A stretch of DNA of 64,000 bases from an uncultured delta proteobacterium (GTDB lineage Bacteria > Myxococcota > Myxococcia > Myxococcales > Myxococcaceae): positions 704,001 to 768,000 of the forward strand of contig CAVZMH010000016.1 of the NCBI GenBank assembly GCA_963776345.1. Direction: 5' to 3'. Below, piece after piece: positions 39,597 through 50,370 of the stretch. The position numbers were made by a program, and so were the translations under genes. Each line of letters starts with the position of its first letter. Position 1 is the first letter of the stretch. The notes under the pieces are model-generated. The model had not been told where the DNA came from and did no database searches. It saw nothing but the letters and a program-made list of their open reading frames with translations.

Positions 39597-42500
39597 GCGA
39601 GCAGCTCGCCCCGCTGGACGACCAGATCGAGCTCCGGGGGGTGCTGGGCGCGGGCGGGATGGGCGAGGTGCACCGCGGCTGGGACCGGCGGCTCGAGCGC
39701 GCGGTGGCGGTGAAGCTGGTGCGGGGGCAGGACGCCCGCGACGCCGAGCGGGTGCTGCTCGAGGCGCGGCTGCAGGCCCGGGTCGAGCATCCGCACGTCG
39801 TCAAGGTGCACGCGGTGGGCTCGCTCGAGGGCCGACCGTGCATCGTCTTCCAGCTGGTGGAGGGCAGGACGCTCGCCGAGGTCGCCCCGCGGCTCTCGGT
39901 GGAGGAGCGGGTGGAGCTGGTCCGCCAGGCCGGGCTGGGCCTCCACGCCGCGCACCTCCAGGGCCTGGTGCACCGGGACGTGAAGCCGGCCAACGTCCTG
40001 GTGGAGCAGTCGCGCGACGCGGGGCCGGTCGCGCTGCTCACCGACTTCGGGCTCGCCCGGGGCGAGGAGGCGGGACTGTCGCGGAGCGGGCTGCCGGCGG
40101 GGACGCTGGACTACATGAGCCCCGAGCAGCTCATCGCGCCGGGGCCGCCGGATTTTCGCTCGGACGTCTACGCGCTCGGGGCCACGCTCTACTCGGTCCT
40201 CGCGGGCCGTCCTCCATTCCGGAGGTCGGCCTCGCTCGGCACGCCCAGCACGGAGGCCGCGCCGGAGGTCGACCTGCTCCGCCGCATCCTCGAGGAGGAT
40301 CCCGAGCCGCTCACCCGCGCCGCCCCTGGCATCCCACGCGAGCTGGCGACCATCGCCGCCCGGGCGATGGAGAAGGACCCCACCGCGCGTTACCCGAGCG
40401 CCGAGGCGCTCTCGGACGACCTGGGGCGCGTGCAGCGCGGCGAGCCGATCCGGGCCCGACCCGCCTCCTGGGCGGACCGCGCGCTGAAGTGGGCGCGGAG
40501 GAACAAGCCGCTGGCCCGCGCGGTGGCGGTGGTCGCGCTCACTCTCCTGCTCGCCGGTGCCTGGACGGTGTGGAGCCAGCGACGGGCGGACCGCGCCGCG
40601 GTCGATGCGGCCCGTCTGGGGGCGCTCAGCGAGTCGCTGGAGGACCAGCTGCGGATGGAGCTCATCGGGCCTCCCCACGACCTTCGCCCCGCCCTCGCGC
40701 GCATCCGGCGCGAGGCCGAGCGGCTCCGGCCAGTCGCGGCGCGTGGAGACGGCGCTGCGAACGCTGCGCTCGGCAAAGCGCTCCAGCTGGTCGGCGATGC
40801 CGAGGGGGCCCGCGACGCGTACGAGCGGGCCTGGCGCTCCGGCTTCCGGACCCCTCGGGTCGCCGAGGGGCTGGGCGAGGTGCTGGGCGAGCTCTTTCGC
40901 CGCAGATACGACCGCGCCCGCGAGACCCTCGCGCCGGATGCCCGAGAGCCGGCGTTCGCGGCGCTCCGCAGCGAGCTGGGCCAGCCAGCCATGGCCTATC
41001 TCCGGCTGGGAGAGTCCTCGGGCTGGCGGGGGAGCGCTCTCGCGGCACGCGAGGCGATGGTCGAGCGCAACTTCACGGAGGCGCGGAAGCGGGCGGCGGA
41101 GGTGACCGCCGCCGATCCGGGCCGGTACGAGGCGTCGCTGCTCGCCGCGGACGCCTGGACTGCCGAGGCCCGTGACCTCGCGTATGCCCGCAAATTCGAG
41201 GAGGCCGAGGCCGGGCTGGTCGCCGCGTCCGAGCTGCTCGACCAGGCCACTTCGTGGGGGCGGAGCGATCCCGCGATCGGGCTGGCACGGGCGGAGCTCC
41301 ACACCGTCCGAGCGAACAGCCTGACCCTGCGGGGCCGCTCGCCAGAGACGGATCTCAGCGCGGCGCTCTCCACCCTGGACGAGGTGATCAGGCTGAACCC
41401 GGATGACCCGTTGCCGTACGTCCGGCGGGGCTTCGCGCTCAACCAGCGCGTCCAGTACCAGTTCATGAGCTCACGGCTTGCGCTGGGCACGACCCTCGAC
41501 GAGGTGATTCGCGCCTACCGACGAGCGCTCGAGCTCGGGGCCGGGGACGCCCGGACGCTCTGCCTGCTCGGCCAGGCCCTCTACTACCGCGCGTTCTGGC
41601 TCAACGACCTGGGACAGCCCTCGCTCGAGCCGGTCCGCGAAGGGCTGGCAGTGGTGGACCGGGCAGAGAAGCTCGCGCCGGAGGACTCGGAGGTGCCGTT
41701 CGTCCGTACGCTGCTCCACGCGATCGAGGCGGACGTGCTCGCGCACCAAGGTCAGCCGACGATCGAGGCCCGTCGGGCGGCGATCGCCGCGGGGGAGCGT
41801 GCGCTCCAGATGCACGCGGGACGAGGCGCGATCCTCCGTCCGGTCGTCGCCCAGCAACTGATGCTGGTGGGGACGGACACCTGGATGGCCGGAGAGGATC
41901 CTCGGCCCCACTTCGAGGCCGGGCGCAAGGCGTTCGAGGAGGTGTTCCGCACCCTGCCCGGCCAGCCGGCGCCGTTGGCGCAGTTCGCCAACGTCGTCGA
42001 CGTCGAGGCAGGAATTCTCCTGGCACTCGGCGAAGACCCCTGCCCCAAGCTGGAGGACGCCGTCGGCCGACTCGAGGAGGTGCTGAAGAAGACACCCGGA
42101 CTCGGGTTCATCGACGCCATGGTGGCCGAGCTGCTGGTGGACGAGGCGCTCTTCCGCGCGATGCAGGGCCAGGACCCCTCCTCCCAGATCGCGAGGACCA
42201 GGCCGGTGTTCGAGCGTGCCCCCGCCGACGTGAAGCAGGACATCAACTTCGTCGTGGCGCACGCGGCAGGGCTGGTCGCCGAGGCACGCTGGCGGACGGA
42301 CCGTGGCGAGGATCCGCTGCCCACGCTGGCCCGGGCCGAGGAGCACATCGGCACGCTCGGAGCGCGGTCGACCGACGACCGTGCCCAGGAATGGCTCTCC
42401 CGGGTCGCGCTCGAGCAGGCCCGCTGGCTCTCGCGTCGCGGCACCCGGACCGAGGGCGTGGCCCGTGGGGGTCTGGCGCACCTCGACCGCGTCCTGAAGG

Positions 42501-42667
42501 CTCGACCCGGCGACCCCGAGCTCTGGGTGGTGAAGGCGGAGCTCGAGGCCTTCGCGGGCGACCGTCGAGCCGCGCGGGAGAGCCTCGATCACGCCTGGGC
42601 CATCAACACCCTCATCAAGGGCGGCTTGGCCTCCCGGGAGGCCGAGGCCGTCCTCGCAGCCCGCTGA
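39593..42667 (+). CDS. Ser/Thr protein kinase with TM helix and TPR-rich C-terminus
   Basis: LGAGGMGEV, VAVK, HRDVKPAN, TDFG and YMSPEQ; GTGA overlap with the MocR stop. Confidence 0.9.
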   Translation: MSEQLAPLDDQIELRGVLGAGGMGEVHRGWDRRLERAVAVKLVRGQDARDAERVLLEARLQARVEHPHVVKVHAVGSLEGRPCIVFQLVEGRTLAEVAPRLSVEERVELVRQAGLGLHAAHLQGLVHRDVKPANVLVEQSRDAGPVALLTDFGLARGEEAGLSRSGLPAGTLDYMSPEQLIAPGPPDFRSDVYALGATLYSVLAGRPPFRRSASLGTPSTEAAPEVDLLRRILEEDPEPLTRAAPGIPRELATIAARAMEKDPTARYPSAEALSDDLGRVQRGEPIRARPASWADRALKWARRNKPLARAVAVVALTLLLAGAWTVWSQRRADRAAVDAARLGALSESLEDQLRMELIGPPHDLRPALARIRREAERLRPVAARGDGAANAALGKALQLVGDAEGARDAYERAWRSGFRTPRVAEGLGEVLGELFRRRYDRARETLAPDAREPAFAALRSELGQPAMAYLRLGESSGWRGSALAAREAMVERNFTEARKRAAEVTAADPGRYEASLLAADAWTAEARDLAYARKFEEAEAGLVAASELLDQATSWGRSDPAIGLARAELHTVRANSLTLRGRSPETDLSAALSTLDEVIRLNPDDPLPYVRRGFALNQRVQYQFMSSRLALGTTLDEVIRAYRRALELGAGDARTLCLLGQALYYRAFWLNDLGQPSLEPVREGLAVVDRAEKLAPEDSEVPFVRTLLHAIEADVLAHQGQPTIEARRAAIAAGERALQMHAGRGAILRPVVAQQLMLVGTDTWMAGEDPRPHFEAGRKAFEEVFRTLPGQPAPLAQFANVVDVEAGILLALGEDPCPKLEDAVGRLEEVLKKTPGLGFIDAMVAELLVDEALFRAMQGQDPSSQIARTRPVFERAPADVKQDINFVVAHAAGLVAEARWRTDRGEDPLPTLARAEEHIGTLGARSTDDRAQEWLSRVALEQARWLSRRGTRTEGVARGGLAHLDRVLKARPGDPELWVVKAELEAFAGDRRAARESLDHAWAINTLIKGGLASREAEAVLAAR

Positions 42668-42776
42668 ATCTCCAGGGATTTCTGGCGGTCCGGGGGTGGC
42701 CCAGCCGGTTTCTCCGAAGCGCACCTGCCGCGTTCCATCCGTCCCTTCCAGGCTTCCACCCCAGGAGGAGAGACCG

Positions 42777-44387
42777 ATGCGCGCTCGACGTTCGTCCGTG
42801 GTGGTGGCCCTGGGGCTCGGGTGGATCCTGGCCGGATGTGGGGAGGCGAGGGCAACACGCCGGTGTGCACGATCAGCGGGGTCACGCTGACCGGTTCGGC
42901 GTCGACCGTCGGCCCGAACCAGACAGTGAACCTCACCGCGACGGTGACCCAGGCGGCCGGCTCGTGCGGGGTGCAACGGGGGCGTCGTCTGGGCGGTCAA
43001 CCCGAACACCGGTGGGCTGACCCCCTCGGGTCTCACCGCCACCTTCTCCAGGGCCACACCGGGCATCTACACCCTCTACGCGACGAGCACGGACGACATC
43101 CGGAAGGCGGACTCGTTCCAGGTCACCGTGCAGGCCGCGACCAGCTGCGGCACGCCGAACGGGACGGTGGTCACCCACTCGGGGAACATCACCGCCAGCG
43201 AGACCTGGGCTGGGAACGGCGTCACCCACTCGATCACCTCGAGCGTGCGCATCAAGCCGGGGGCGACGGTCACCGTCCAGCCCTGCGCGATCGTCGCGGT
43301 CGCAGCCGGGGCGGAGATCGGCGTCGAGGGCGACACCAACGCCAATCAGCCCGCGAAGCTGGTGGCGGCGGGCAACGACCCGCAGACCGGTTTCGTCAGC
43401 TTCGTGCCCGCCGTGCAGGGACAGACGTGGGGCGGCATCCGCGGCTACAACGTCCAGTCGCTGGTCGAGCTCCACAACACGGGCGTGGTCTCCGCCGGAG
43501 CCGGTCCCTTCTACCGGAACTCGGCGATCGTGATGGCCGGTCCCGGGCTGACTGCGCTTCCGCAGGGCGTGCTCACCGCCGACAACCTGGTGGTGGAGAA
43601 TCCGGTTGGCGGGGGGCTGTATCTCGACGGCATGGCGGCCTTCACCCCGCAGTCCACCTACCTGGGCGTGACGGGCGCACAGGACCACCCCCTGGCGATG
43701 CATCTCATGGCCGTGGGCAGCCTCCCCCTCACCCAGGTCCAGAACAGCCTGTACGACGATGCCTTGATGCTCAGCTCGGCGCCGAACGTGACCCAGGACA
43801 CCACCATCCACGGCTACATCCCGCTCTACTTCGAGGCCCAGGTGAAGGTCGGCCAGAACACGGCCAACACGACGACGACTCTCACCGTCGAGGCCGGGTC
43901 GGTGCTCCGCTTCGCCCCGGGAAACGACATCCGGATGTACTTCGGCAACGGCAGCGCGGGCGCGGGGATTCTGATGGCCACGGGTGACGCGGCGAAACCC
44001 ATCCTCTTCACCTCGGCGGCGGCGTCGCCGGCTGCGGGAGACTGGGCCGGCCTCCTGCTCCTGAACTCCTACGGCTCGCAGCTGTCCTACGTGACCATCG
44101 AGTACGCCGGGGCGAGCAATGGCTGGGTCTCGGCCAACTGCCGGCCCTCGGGGTCGAGCGACGATGCTGCGCTGCTCGTCGCCAACATTCCGGTGGCGAA
44201 CTTCCTCACCAACAGCACCATCCAGTTCATCTCCGGGCACGGCATCGACGCCACCTGGGCGGCGAACGTCATCAACGCCCCGGACGTGGCGGCAGGAAAC
44301 ACCTTCACCTCGGTGGCCGGGTGCAAGCAGACCTACAACGCCAAGGCGGGGGGCACCTGCCCGACGCTCGGCTGCACCGAGCCGTAG
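42777..44387 (+). CDS. Surface lipoprotein with Ig-like and beta-helix-like domains; two compensating frameshifts (about 42842 and 42970)
   Basis: AGGAGGAG RBS and LAGC lipobox; Ig-like TVNLTATVT...VVWAV; repeated TVQP/TVEAGSVLRF and PILFTS..PAAGDWAG motifs. Confidence 0.7.
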
Positions 44388-44405
44388 GACCGACCGGACG
44401 TGGCG

Positions 44406-45614
44406 CTACGGGACCGTCCGCGCGGAGATGCTGGTCGGCAGGCGGCGCATGTCCTGGACCACCTGCTCCGCCACGTCGGAATCGAGGTCCATGATCAGGT
44501 AGCCGATCGCCGCATTGGTGGAGAGGACCTGCGAGTGGATGTTGGCCTCGTGGTCGGAGACGATGCGGTTGAGATCGCGCAGCACGCCGGGCACGTTCTG
44601 GTGGACGTTGATCAACCGAAAGGTGCCGGGCGTGCGCGCCAGGTCGACCGGGGGGAAGTTCACCGAACTGACCGTCGCGCCGGTGTGGGCGAAGCGCGAG
44701 AGGCTGGCCGAGACCTCGCGGCCGATCGCCTCCTGGGCCTCCAGCGTCGACCCGCCGATGTGCGGGGTGAGGACGACGTTGGAGAGGCCCCGGAGCGGGG
44801 TCTCGAATCCCTCGGCGTTGTTGGCCTCGGGCTCGTCCGGGTAGACGTCGAGCGCCGCGCCGTCGAGCCGCTTCTCCCTGAGCGCCTGGGCGAGCGCGCC
44901 GAGGTCCACCACCGTCCCGCGGCTGGCGTTGATCAGGCAGGCGCCCTTCTTGATCCGGGCGAGCTGCGCGGCGCCGATCATCCCCCTGGTCTGCGGGGTC
45001 TCCGGGACGTGGAGGGTGACGAAGTCGCTCTGCTCGAGGAGCGTGTCGAGCGACTTCACCGGCTGCGAGTTCCCCAGCGGGAGCTTGGCCGAGACGTCGT
45101 GGAAGACGACCCGCATCCCGAGGTCCTCGGCGAGGATCGAGACCTGGCTCCCGATGTGCCCGTAGCCGACCACGCCCAGCGTCTTGCCGCGGACCTCGCG
45201 CGAGCCGGTGGCCATCTTCTTCCAGACGCCGTGGTGCATCTCGCGCGACCGGTCACCGAGGTGGCGCGAGAGCATGACGATCTCGGCGATGACCATCTCC
45301 GCCACGCTGCGGGTGTTGGAGAAGGGCGCGTTGAAGACCGCGACGCCGCGCTTCATCGCGTGGTCGAGCGCGATCTGGTTGGTGCCGATGCAGAACGCCC
45401 CGACGGCGATCAGCGAGTCCGCGGCGTCGAGCACCTTCCTGGTGACCTGGGTCTTGCTCCGGATGCCGAGCAGGTGAATGCCCTTCAGCCGCTCGCAGAG
45501 CTGGTCCTCCTTGAGGGCGCCCTCGGCGCGGTGCACCTCGAGTCCCTCGGCCTCGAGCAGCTCGTCGGCGACGGGGTGAATCGATTCGAGCAGCAGGATC
45601 TTCAGCTTTGACAT
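44406..45614 (-). CDS. serA: D-3-phosphoglycerate dehydrogenase with ACT domain
   Basis: GIRSKT, FCIGTNQ, NAPFSNTRSVAE, GYGHIG, TPHIGGST and HQNVPGVL. Confidence 0.96.
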   Translation of the reverse strand: MSKLKILLLESIHPVADELLEAEGLEVHRAEGALKEDQLCERLKGIHLLGIRSKTQVTRKVLDAADSLIAVGAFCIGTNQIALDHAMKRGVAVFNAPFSNTRSVAEMVIAEIVMLSRHLGDRSREMHHGVWKKMATGSREVRGKTLGVVGYGHIGSQVSILAEDLGMRVVFHDVSAKLPLGNSQPVKSLDTLLEQSDFVTLHVPETPQTRGMIGAAQLARIKKGACLINASRGTVVDLGALAQALREKRLDGAALDVYPDEPEANNAEGFETPLRGLSNVVLTPHIGGSTLEAQEAIGREVSASLSRFAHTGATVSSVNFPPVDLARTPGTFRLINVHQNVPGVLRDLNRIVSDHEANIHSQVLSTNAAIGYLIMDLDSDVAEQVVQDMRRLPTSISARTVP

Positions 45615-45626
45615 CGCAGCCGTACC

Positions 45627-46337
45627 TTAGCGGCCTCCGACGTCCGTTGCGCGCCCCACGAAGAGCAGCTTGCCCCACGCCTTCTCGACCAACTCGGGGC
45701 GGAACCGCTCGGTGAGCAGGGAAAGGATCTCCCGGGGCCGCCCGAGCCAGGCCTCGTAGGTGGGGCGCTCCAGCTCGTTCATCGTGGCGAGCGCGTCGAG
45801 CCTGGGCCAGAGCTTCCGCGCGGCCCGGACCTCGCACACGGCATGGACGAACGCGAGGAACGGCGTCAGCCACGGCTCGACCACGACCATCCGCCCGCCT
45901 GGGCGGAGCACGCGCCGGGCCTCGTCCAGGGTCCGGACCAGGTCGTCCGGCAGCACCTCGAGGTGGTGCAGCCCGCCCTGGACCACCAGCACGTCCCGCG
46001 AGCGGTCCGGGAACGGCAGCGCGCGGCAGTCGGCCACGTAGCAGCGCGCCCTGCCCCGGTACTGCTCGAGTAGGCTGGCGGAGAGATCCACCCCCTCGAG
46101 GCGTCCGAACCCGAGCTGCGCGAGCGCCTCGAGCCCGTTGCCGCGCCCGCAGAACAGCTCCACCACCTCCGCGTCGCGCGCCCACGCCGGCGCGCCGAGG
46201 AGCCGGAGGCGGCGAAGGAACTTCCGGCGCTCTTCCTCGGGGGTCTCGAACCGGAGGTAGGCCTGCTCCCAGGACTGACTGCAGCACACCTCTCCGGCGA
46301 TGACCTGCACCACCTGCTGCGCCGGGGAGTCGCTCAA
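45627..46337 (-). CDS. Class I SAM-dependent methyltransferase
   Basis: VVELFCGRG, GVDLS, GGLHH and RVLRPGG; TTG start inferred. Confidence 0.82.
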   Translation of the reverse strand: MSDSPAQQVVQVIAGEVCCSQSWEQAYLRFETPEEERRKFLRRLRLLGAPAWARDAEVVELFCGRGNGLEALAQLGFGRLEGVDLSASLLEQYRGRARCYVADCRALPFPDRSRDVLVVQGGLHHLEVLPDDLVRTLDEARRVLRPGGRMVVVEPWLTPFLAFVHAVCEVRAARKLWPRLDALATMNELERPTYEAWLGRPREILSLLTERFRPELVEKAWGKLLFVGRATDVGGR

Positions 46338-46370
46338 CTTGACCCGAGTGTACCAGGAGCGGACGATCCC

Positions 46371-47627
46371 GTGGCCTCTCCCGGGCGCGAACTCTTGGAA
46401 CGGCTCAAGCTCCTCATCGTCATCCCCGCCCTGAACGAGGAGGAGAGCATCGGGGCGATCATCGAGCGCACGCTGGCGGCCCGCCCGCGGATCCTCGCCG
46501 AGACGCCGGTGACCGAGGTGGAGCTGACGGTGGTCAGCGACGGCTCGACGGACCGGACCGTCGAGCGCGCCGGAGCCTACCGCCACCAGATCCAGCTCAT
46601 CGTCTTCGAGCGGAACCGTGGGTATGGCGCGGCGATCAAGGAGGCCTGGCGGCAGTCCGACGCCGAGCTGCTCGCCTTCCTCGACGCCGACGGCACCTGC
46701 GACCCGGCGTTCTTCGTCGAGCTCTGCCAGCTCATCGAGCGCGAGCGTGCCGACGTGGTGCTGGGCTGCCGGCTGACGCGCAGGAGCCGGATGCCGATGA
46801 TGCGACGGGTGGGCAACGTGCTCTTCGCCCTGCTGCTGAGCTTCTTCTCCTCCAAGCGGGTACGGGACACCGCGAGCGGGATGCGAGTGGTCCGGCGCTC
46901 CAGCCTCCCCCGGCTCTCGCCCCTTCCCGACGGGATGCACTTCACCCCGGCGATGAGCGCTCGGGCCATCCTCTCACCGGACCTGAGGATCCTCGAGCAG
47001 GAGATGCCTTACGAGGAGCGGGCCGGCGAGTCGAAGCTGCGGGTGCTCCGGGACGGGCTCCGGTTCCTTCGGGTCATCGTCGAGGCGGCGCTGCTCTACC
47101 GGCCGTCGCGACCACTGGGGTTCCTGGGCGCAGTCTTTCTACTGACCGCGTTCGTCCTGATGCTTCCCCCGGCGCTCTACTACCTCCGGAACCGGCACGT
47201 GCTGGAGTGGATGATCTACCGCTTCGTCGTGGCCGACCTGCTCACCAACTCGGGGACGCTGCTGCTCGCGGCGAGCTATCTCCTCCGGCGCGTGGTGCAG
47301 CTGGTGCTGCAGCTCCCGGCGGAGGACTTCGTCTTCCACCGGCTGGCCGGGCGCTTCCTGCGGGGCGCCTGGCTGTGGATCGTCGTCGTGTCGTTCGTGC
47401 TCGCCGCGAGCCTCCTGGTGCTGCCGAGCTTCCTGGAGCTGGTGCGGACCGGAGGCACCTACGAGCACTGGTCGCGCTTCATCGCCGCCTCGGTGCTGGT
47501 CGGCGTGTCCCTCACCCTGCTCGTGGCGCGGGCGCTGGACTTCACCCTGGACCTCCTGTCGGCCCGCCTGGCCTACCTTCGCGAGGAGCCGATCGAGGCC
47601 GCGCCGCCGCGGCGAAGCGTGGCCTGA
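46371..47627 (+). CDS. GT2 glycosyltransferase (polyprenol-phosphate sugar synthase-like) with C-terminal TMs
   Basis: IPALNEE, SDGSTD, NRGYGAA, DADG, DTASGMR and YEERAGESKL. Confidence 0.88.
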   Translation: MASPGRELLERLKLLIVIPALNEEESIGAIIERTLAARPRILAETPVTEVELTVVSDGSTDRTVERAGAYRHQIQLIVFERNRGYGAAIKEAWRQSDAELLAFLDADGTCDPAFFVELCQLIERERADVVLGCRLTRRSRMPMMRRVGNVLFALLLSFFSSKRVRDTASGMRVVRRSSLPRLSPLPDGMHFTPAMSARAILSPDLRILEQEMPYEERAGESKLRVLRDGLRFLRVIVEAALLYRPSRPLGFLGAVFLLTAFVLMLPPALYYLRNRHVLEWMIYRFVVADLLTNSGTLLLAASYLLRRVVQLVLQLPAEDFVFHRLAGRFLRGAWLWIVVVSFVLAASLLVLPSFLELVRTGGTYEHWSRFIAASVLVGVSLTLLVARALDFTLDLLSARLAYLREEPIEAAPPRRSVA

Positions 47628-47635
47628 CTCCAGGC

Positions 47636-49942
47636 TCAGGGACGCGCGGCGCTCGACTGGGCTGACCGTAGCCAGCGCACCAGGTCCCTGAGCTGCGGCG
47701 GGGCGAGGACGCCGTACGCGAGGAGGGCCTTCTCCCCTGCCTCGCGCGCCTCGTCGAGCCTCCCCGCACGGGTGGCGTGCTCGGCGGCCAGGGCGAGGAC
47801 CGCCGGGCTGTCCGGGGCCGCGGCGCGGGCCTCGGTGACCAGCGCATCGAAGGGACGGGTCTCGTGGCCGTGCGCGGGGAAGGCCTGCAGCGCCTTCCCG
47901 TACGCCGCGAGGGCGTCGTCCTTCTTTCCGAGGGCCAGCAGCGCCCGGGCCCGGAGATGGAGCACCACGCCCGCCTCCGGGAGCGCCGAGAGCACCCGGT
48001 CGGCCTCCTCGAGCGCGCCTGCGGCATCTCCCCAGACCAGGAGCGCCTGGCCCAGCGCATACCCCGCGCTCATCGGATCGTGCAGCGCGCGCAGCTCGCG
48101 CTCAGCCGGTCCATCCCGGCGGCCGGCGGCGGCGCGATCGGAGGCAGCGGCCCACGCCAGCCCGCTGAGGGCTCCGGGGTGCCGCTGGATCGAGCGTTCC
48201 ACCCGGGAGCGGGCCGCGGCGCGATCCCCGGACCTGAGCAGGCACTCGGCCGCAAGCAGGTCCGGGTCGAGGGCCACGTCCCAGACCGCGGCGAAGAAGC
48301 GCTTCTCCGAGGCCCGCTCTGCGAGGGGGAGCGCGGCGTCGCAGTCCCCTGCGAGTCCGAGCAGCGTGGCCTGGAAGTAGGCGTCGGCGCCGCCATCGGT
48401 CCCGAAGCGGTGCGCGCTCTCCTCCGCGGAGGCACGGGCGAGCGCCGGCTCCTCGAACGGCACCCGGGACAGGTCACGCGAGAGCCGGACGAGGGGCTGG
48501 GCGGCCTGGGCGTGGACGAAGGCGCGCTGGGCGTCGGTGACCCGGGCTGCCCGGACCGCCCGCTCCAGCTCCGACGCCGCCGCGCCGGCCACGGCCCCGC
48601 GTTCCACCACCCGGGTCGACGCCCGCAGTCCCGGAGCGAGCGCGATCGCGAGCGGGAGGAGCAGCGCCACGGCCGAACGGACGAGCAGCCGCGGTTGACG
48701 AAGATCCTCCCGCACCCCGGCCACGTACCCGCCCGCCAGCGCACACCAGACCGGGAGGACCATGAGCGCGTACCGGCTGGTGACGCAGAAGACCAGCGAC
48801 ACGGCCAGGAGCGCGAGGAGGTACGGCCCGAGCATCCCGATCGGACGGCGGCGCAGCAGCGAGGCGGCGAGACCGGCGAGCCCCGCTGCGGTCAGGAAGC
48901 GGAACGAGGCGAGCGGCGGGATGGGGAGCCCCTGCTCTGCCTGACGCACCTCGGCCACGTCATGGGCGTCGGGCCCGGCGAGGAAGACCAGGGCCTTGGC
49001 GCCGACCAGCCGGAGCCAGGCGAAGGGCTCGTGGGTGACGAACGCGGCGGTGCGCTCGACCCAGTACTGCTCGCAGGCCACCGGTGAGATCTGCCGCCCC
49101 ACGGCCGCGCGGGCGAAGCGGCGGTAGATGGCGTGGAACGGGTCCGGCCGGTCGGTGGAGCGCTCCTGCTGCTCGAGCAGCTTCACCAGTGCGGGTGACT
49201 GGTAGCCGATGCCGTTGCCCTCGGGACGATTGCAGATGTGGAGCATCTCGCCGACGCTCATCGTCGCGGCGAGCTGCTGGCCGACGCTGACCCGAACCAG
49301 TCCCATCGGGAGCACGACCATCGCCAGCCCACAGGCCAGCGTGCCTCCCGCAGTGGTGAGGAGCCGCCTGCGACCGAGTCCGCGCGTGGTCCATCCCAGC
49401 CAGAGGACCGCCATCCCGAGCACGGCGAGGTTGGAGGGACGGAGGGCGGCGGAGAGCCCGAGCACCGCGCCGGCGAGCCACGCGCTCCGCGGCCGCTCCC
49501 GCGGCGCACCGACCACGAGAAGCGTGAGCGCGCCGAGGTTCGCCACGAGGATGAGGAGGTCCGGCTCGAGGGTGGCCTCGTAGAGCATCAGCGGGGCGGC
49601 GGCCGCCGCCAGGACGAGCGCGACCCAGCCCGCGACCGGGCCAAAGACTCGCCGCGCCACGAGGAAGACCAGCGGCACCGTGAGCGCGCCGAGGATCGAC
49701 TGGAGCACCCGGATGGACCCCGGGGAGAGCGCGAGGTTGACCAGCAGGTAGAGCGGACTGATGTCCGCGCCCTCCTCCGGGCGAAGCCGTCCCTGCACCA
49801 GCAGCCGCGCGAAGTCGGGGTACTTCGAGAACATCCACTGCGGCAGGAGAACCAGCCCCAGCGCGAGGTGAGCGATGGAGCCGACCGCGACGAGCGCGGC
49901 GGTCGAGCGCTGAGCGCGCGAGCGCGGAAGGGGGATCTCCAC
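47636..49942 (-). CDS. GT-C membrane glycosyltransferase (ArnT/PMT-like) with C-terminal TPRs
   Basis: Multi-TM; SPLY, QSILGALTV, GLSAALRP and TSRY motifs; TPR helices at the end. Confidence 0.75.
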   Translation of the reverse strand: MEIPLPRSRAQRSTAALVAVGSIAHLALGLVLLPQWMFSKYPDFARLLVQGRLRPEEGADISPLYLLVNLALSPGSIRVLQSILGALTVPLVFLVARRVFGPVAGWVALVLAAAAAPLMLYEATLEPDLLILVANLGALTLLVVGAPRERPRSAWLAGAVLGLSAALRPSNLAVLGMAVLWLGWTTRGLGRRRLLTTAGGTLACGLAMVVLPMGLVRVSVGQQLAATMSVGEMLHICNRPEGNGIGYQSPALVKLLEQQERSTDRPDPFHAIYRRFARAAVGRQISPVACEQYWVERTAAFVTHEPFAWLRLVGAKALVFLAGPDAHDVAEVRQAEQGLPIPPLASFRFLTAAGLAGLAASLLRRRPIGMLGPYLLALLAVSLVFCVTSRYALMVLPVWCALAGGYVAGVREDLRQPRLLVRSAVALLLPLAIALAPGLRASTRVVERGAVAGAAASELERAVRAARVTDAQRAFVHAQAAQPLVRLSRDLSRVPFEEPALARASAEESAHRFGTDGGADAYFQATLLGLAGDCDAALPLAERASEKRFFAAVWDVALDPDLLAAECLLRSGDRAAARSRVERSIQRHPGALSGLAWAAASDRAAAGRRDGPAERELRALHDPMSAGYALGQALLVWGDAAGALEEADRVLSALPEAGVVLHLRARALLALGKKDDALAAYGKALQAFPAHGHETRPFDALVTEARAAAPDSPAVLALAAEHATRAGRLDEAREAGEKALLAYGVLAPPQLRDLVRWLRSAQSSAARP

Positions 49943-50370
49943 GAGGGGCCATCAAAGCCGAGCGGCACCCGCTGTCAAAAGCGCATGCCGACGGGGCGCC
50001 GAGTGGGGCAAGGGCGTACAGCGGGCGCGCGTCACGAGTGGTGTGCAGCCGATTGCACGCGTGGGAAGCGCATCGCGCGCAACGAGCCATGCCGCCGACC
50101 GGGAGTGCCTGTCGTGCGGCTCTGGAGCCGAATGCGCTGCTCCCTCACCGCAGGGCGTCACTCTTGCCTCATCCACCCCTGGTGGAGGGCTGTCGCCCGA
50201 TGGGTGACGCTCCTCGCATTTGCACGAGCGTCGCCGTCTGGCCGGCGGGTGGGGAGTCCGGGAGCTCGGCGCCTCGCGTGGACGCGCGATGAACGGGCTC
50301 AGACCGACGCCGACACGGCGTCCGAGGGAGCCGCGACCTCTGCGGGTCAGCGGGAGGCCCTCGACGACAG

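Noticed and set aside
49950..50370. Gene or ncRNA in the 420-bp gap next to tRNA-Leu
   Set aside because: No coding bias or terminator. Only a TTGACA (minus strand, 49978-49973) and a weak GTGCA-N6-TGCAC dyad are present, which is insufficient.
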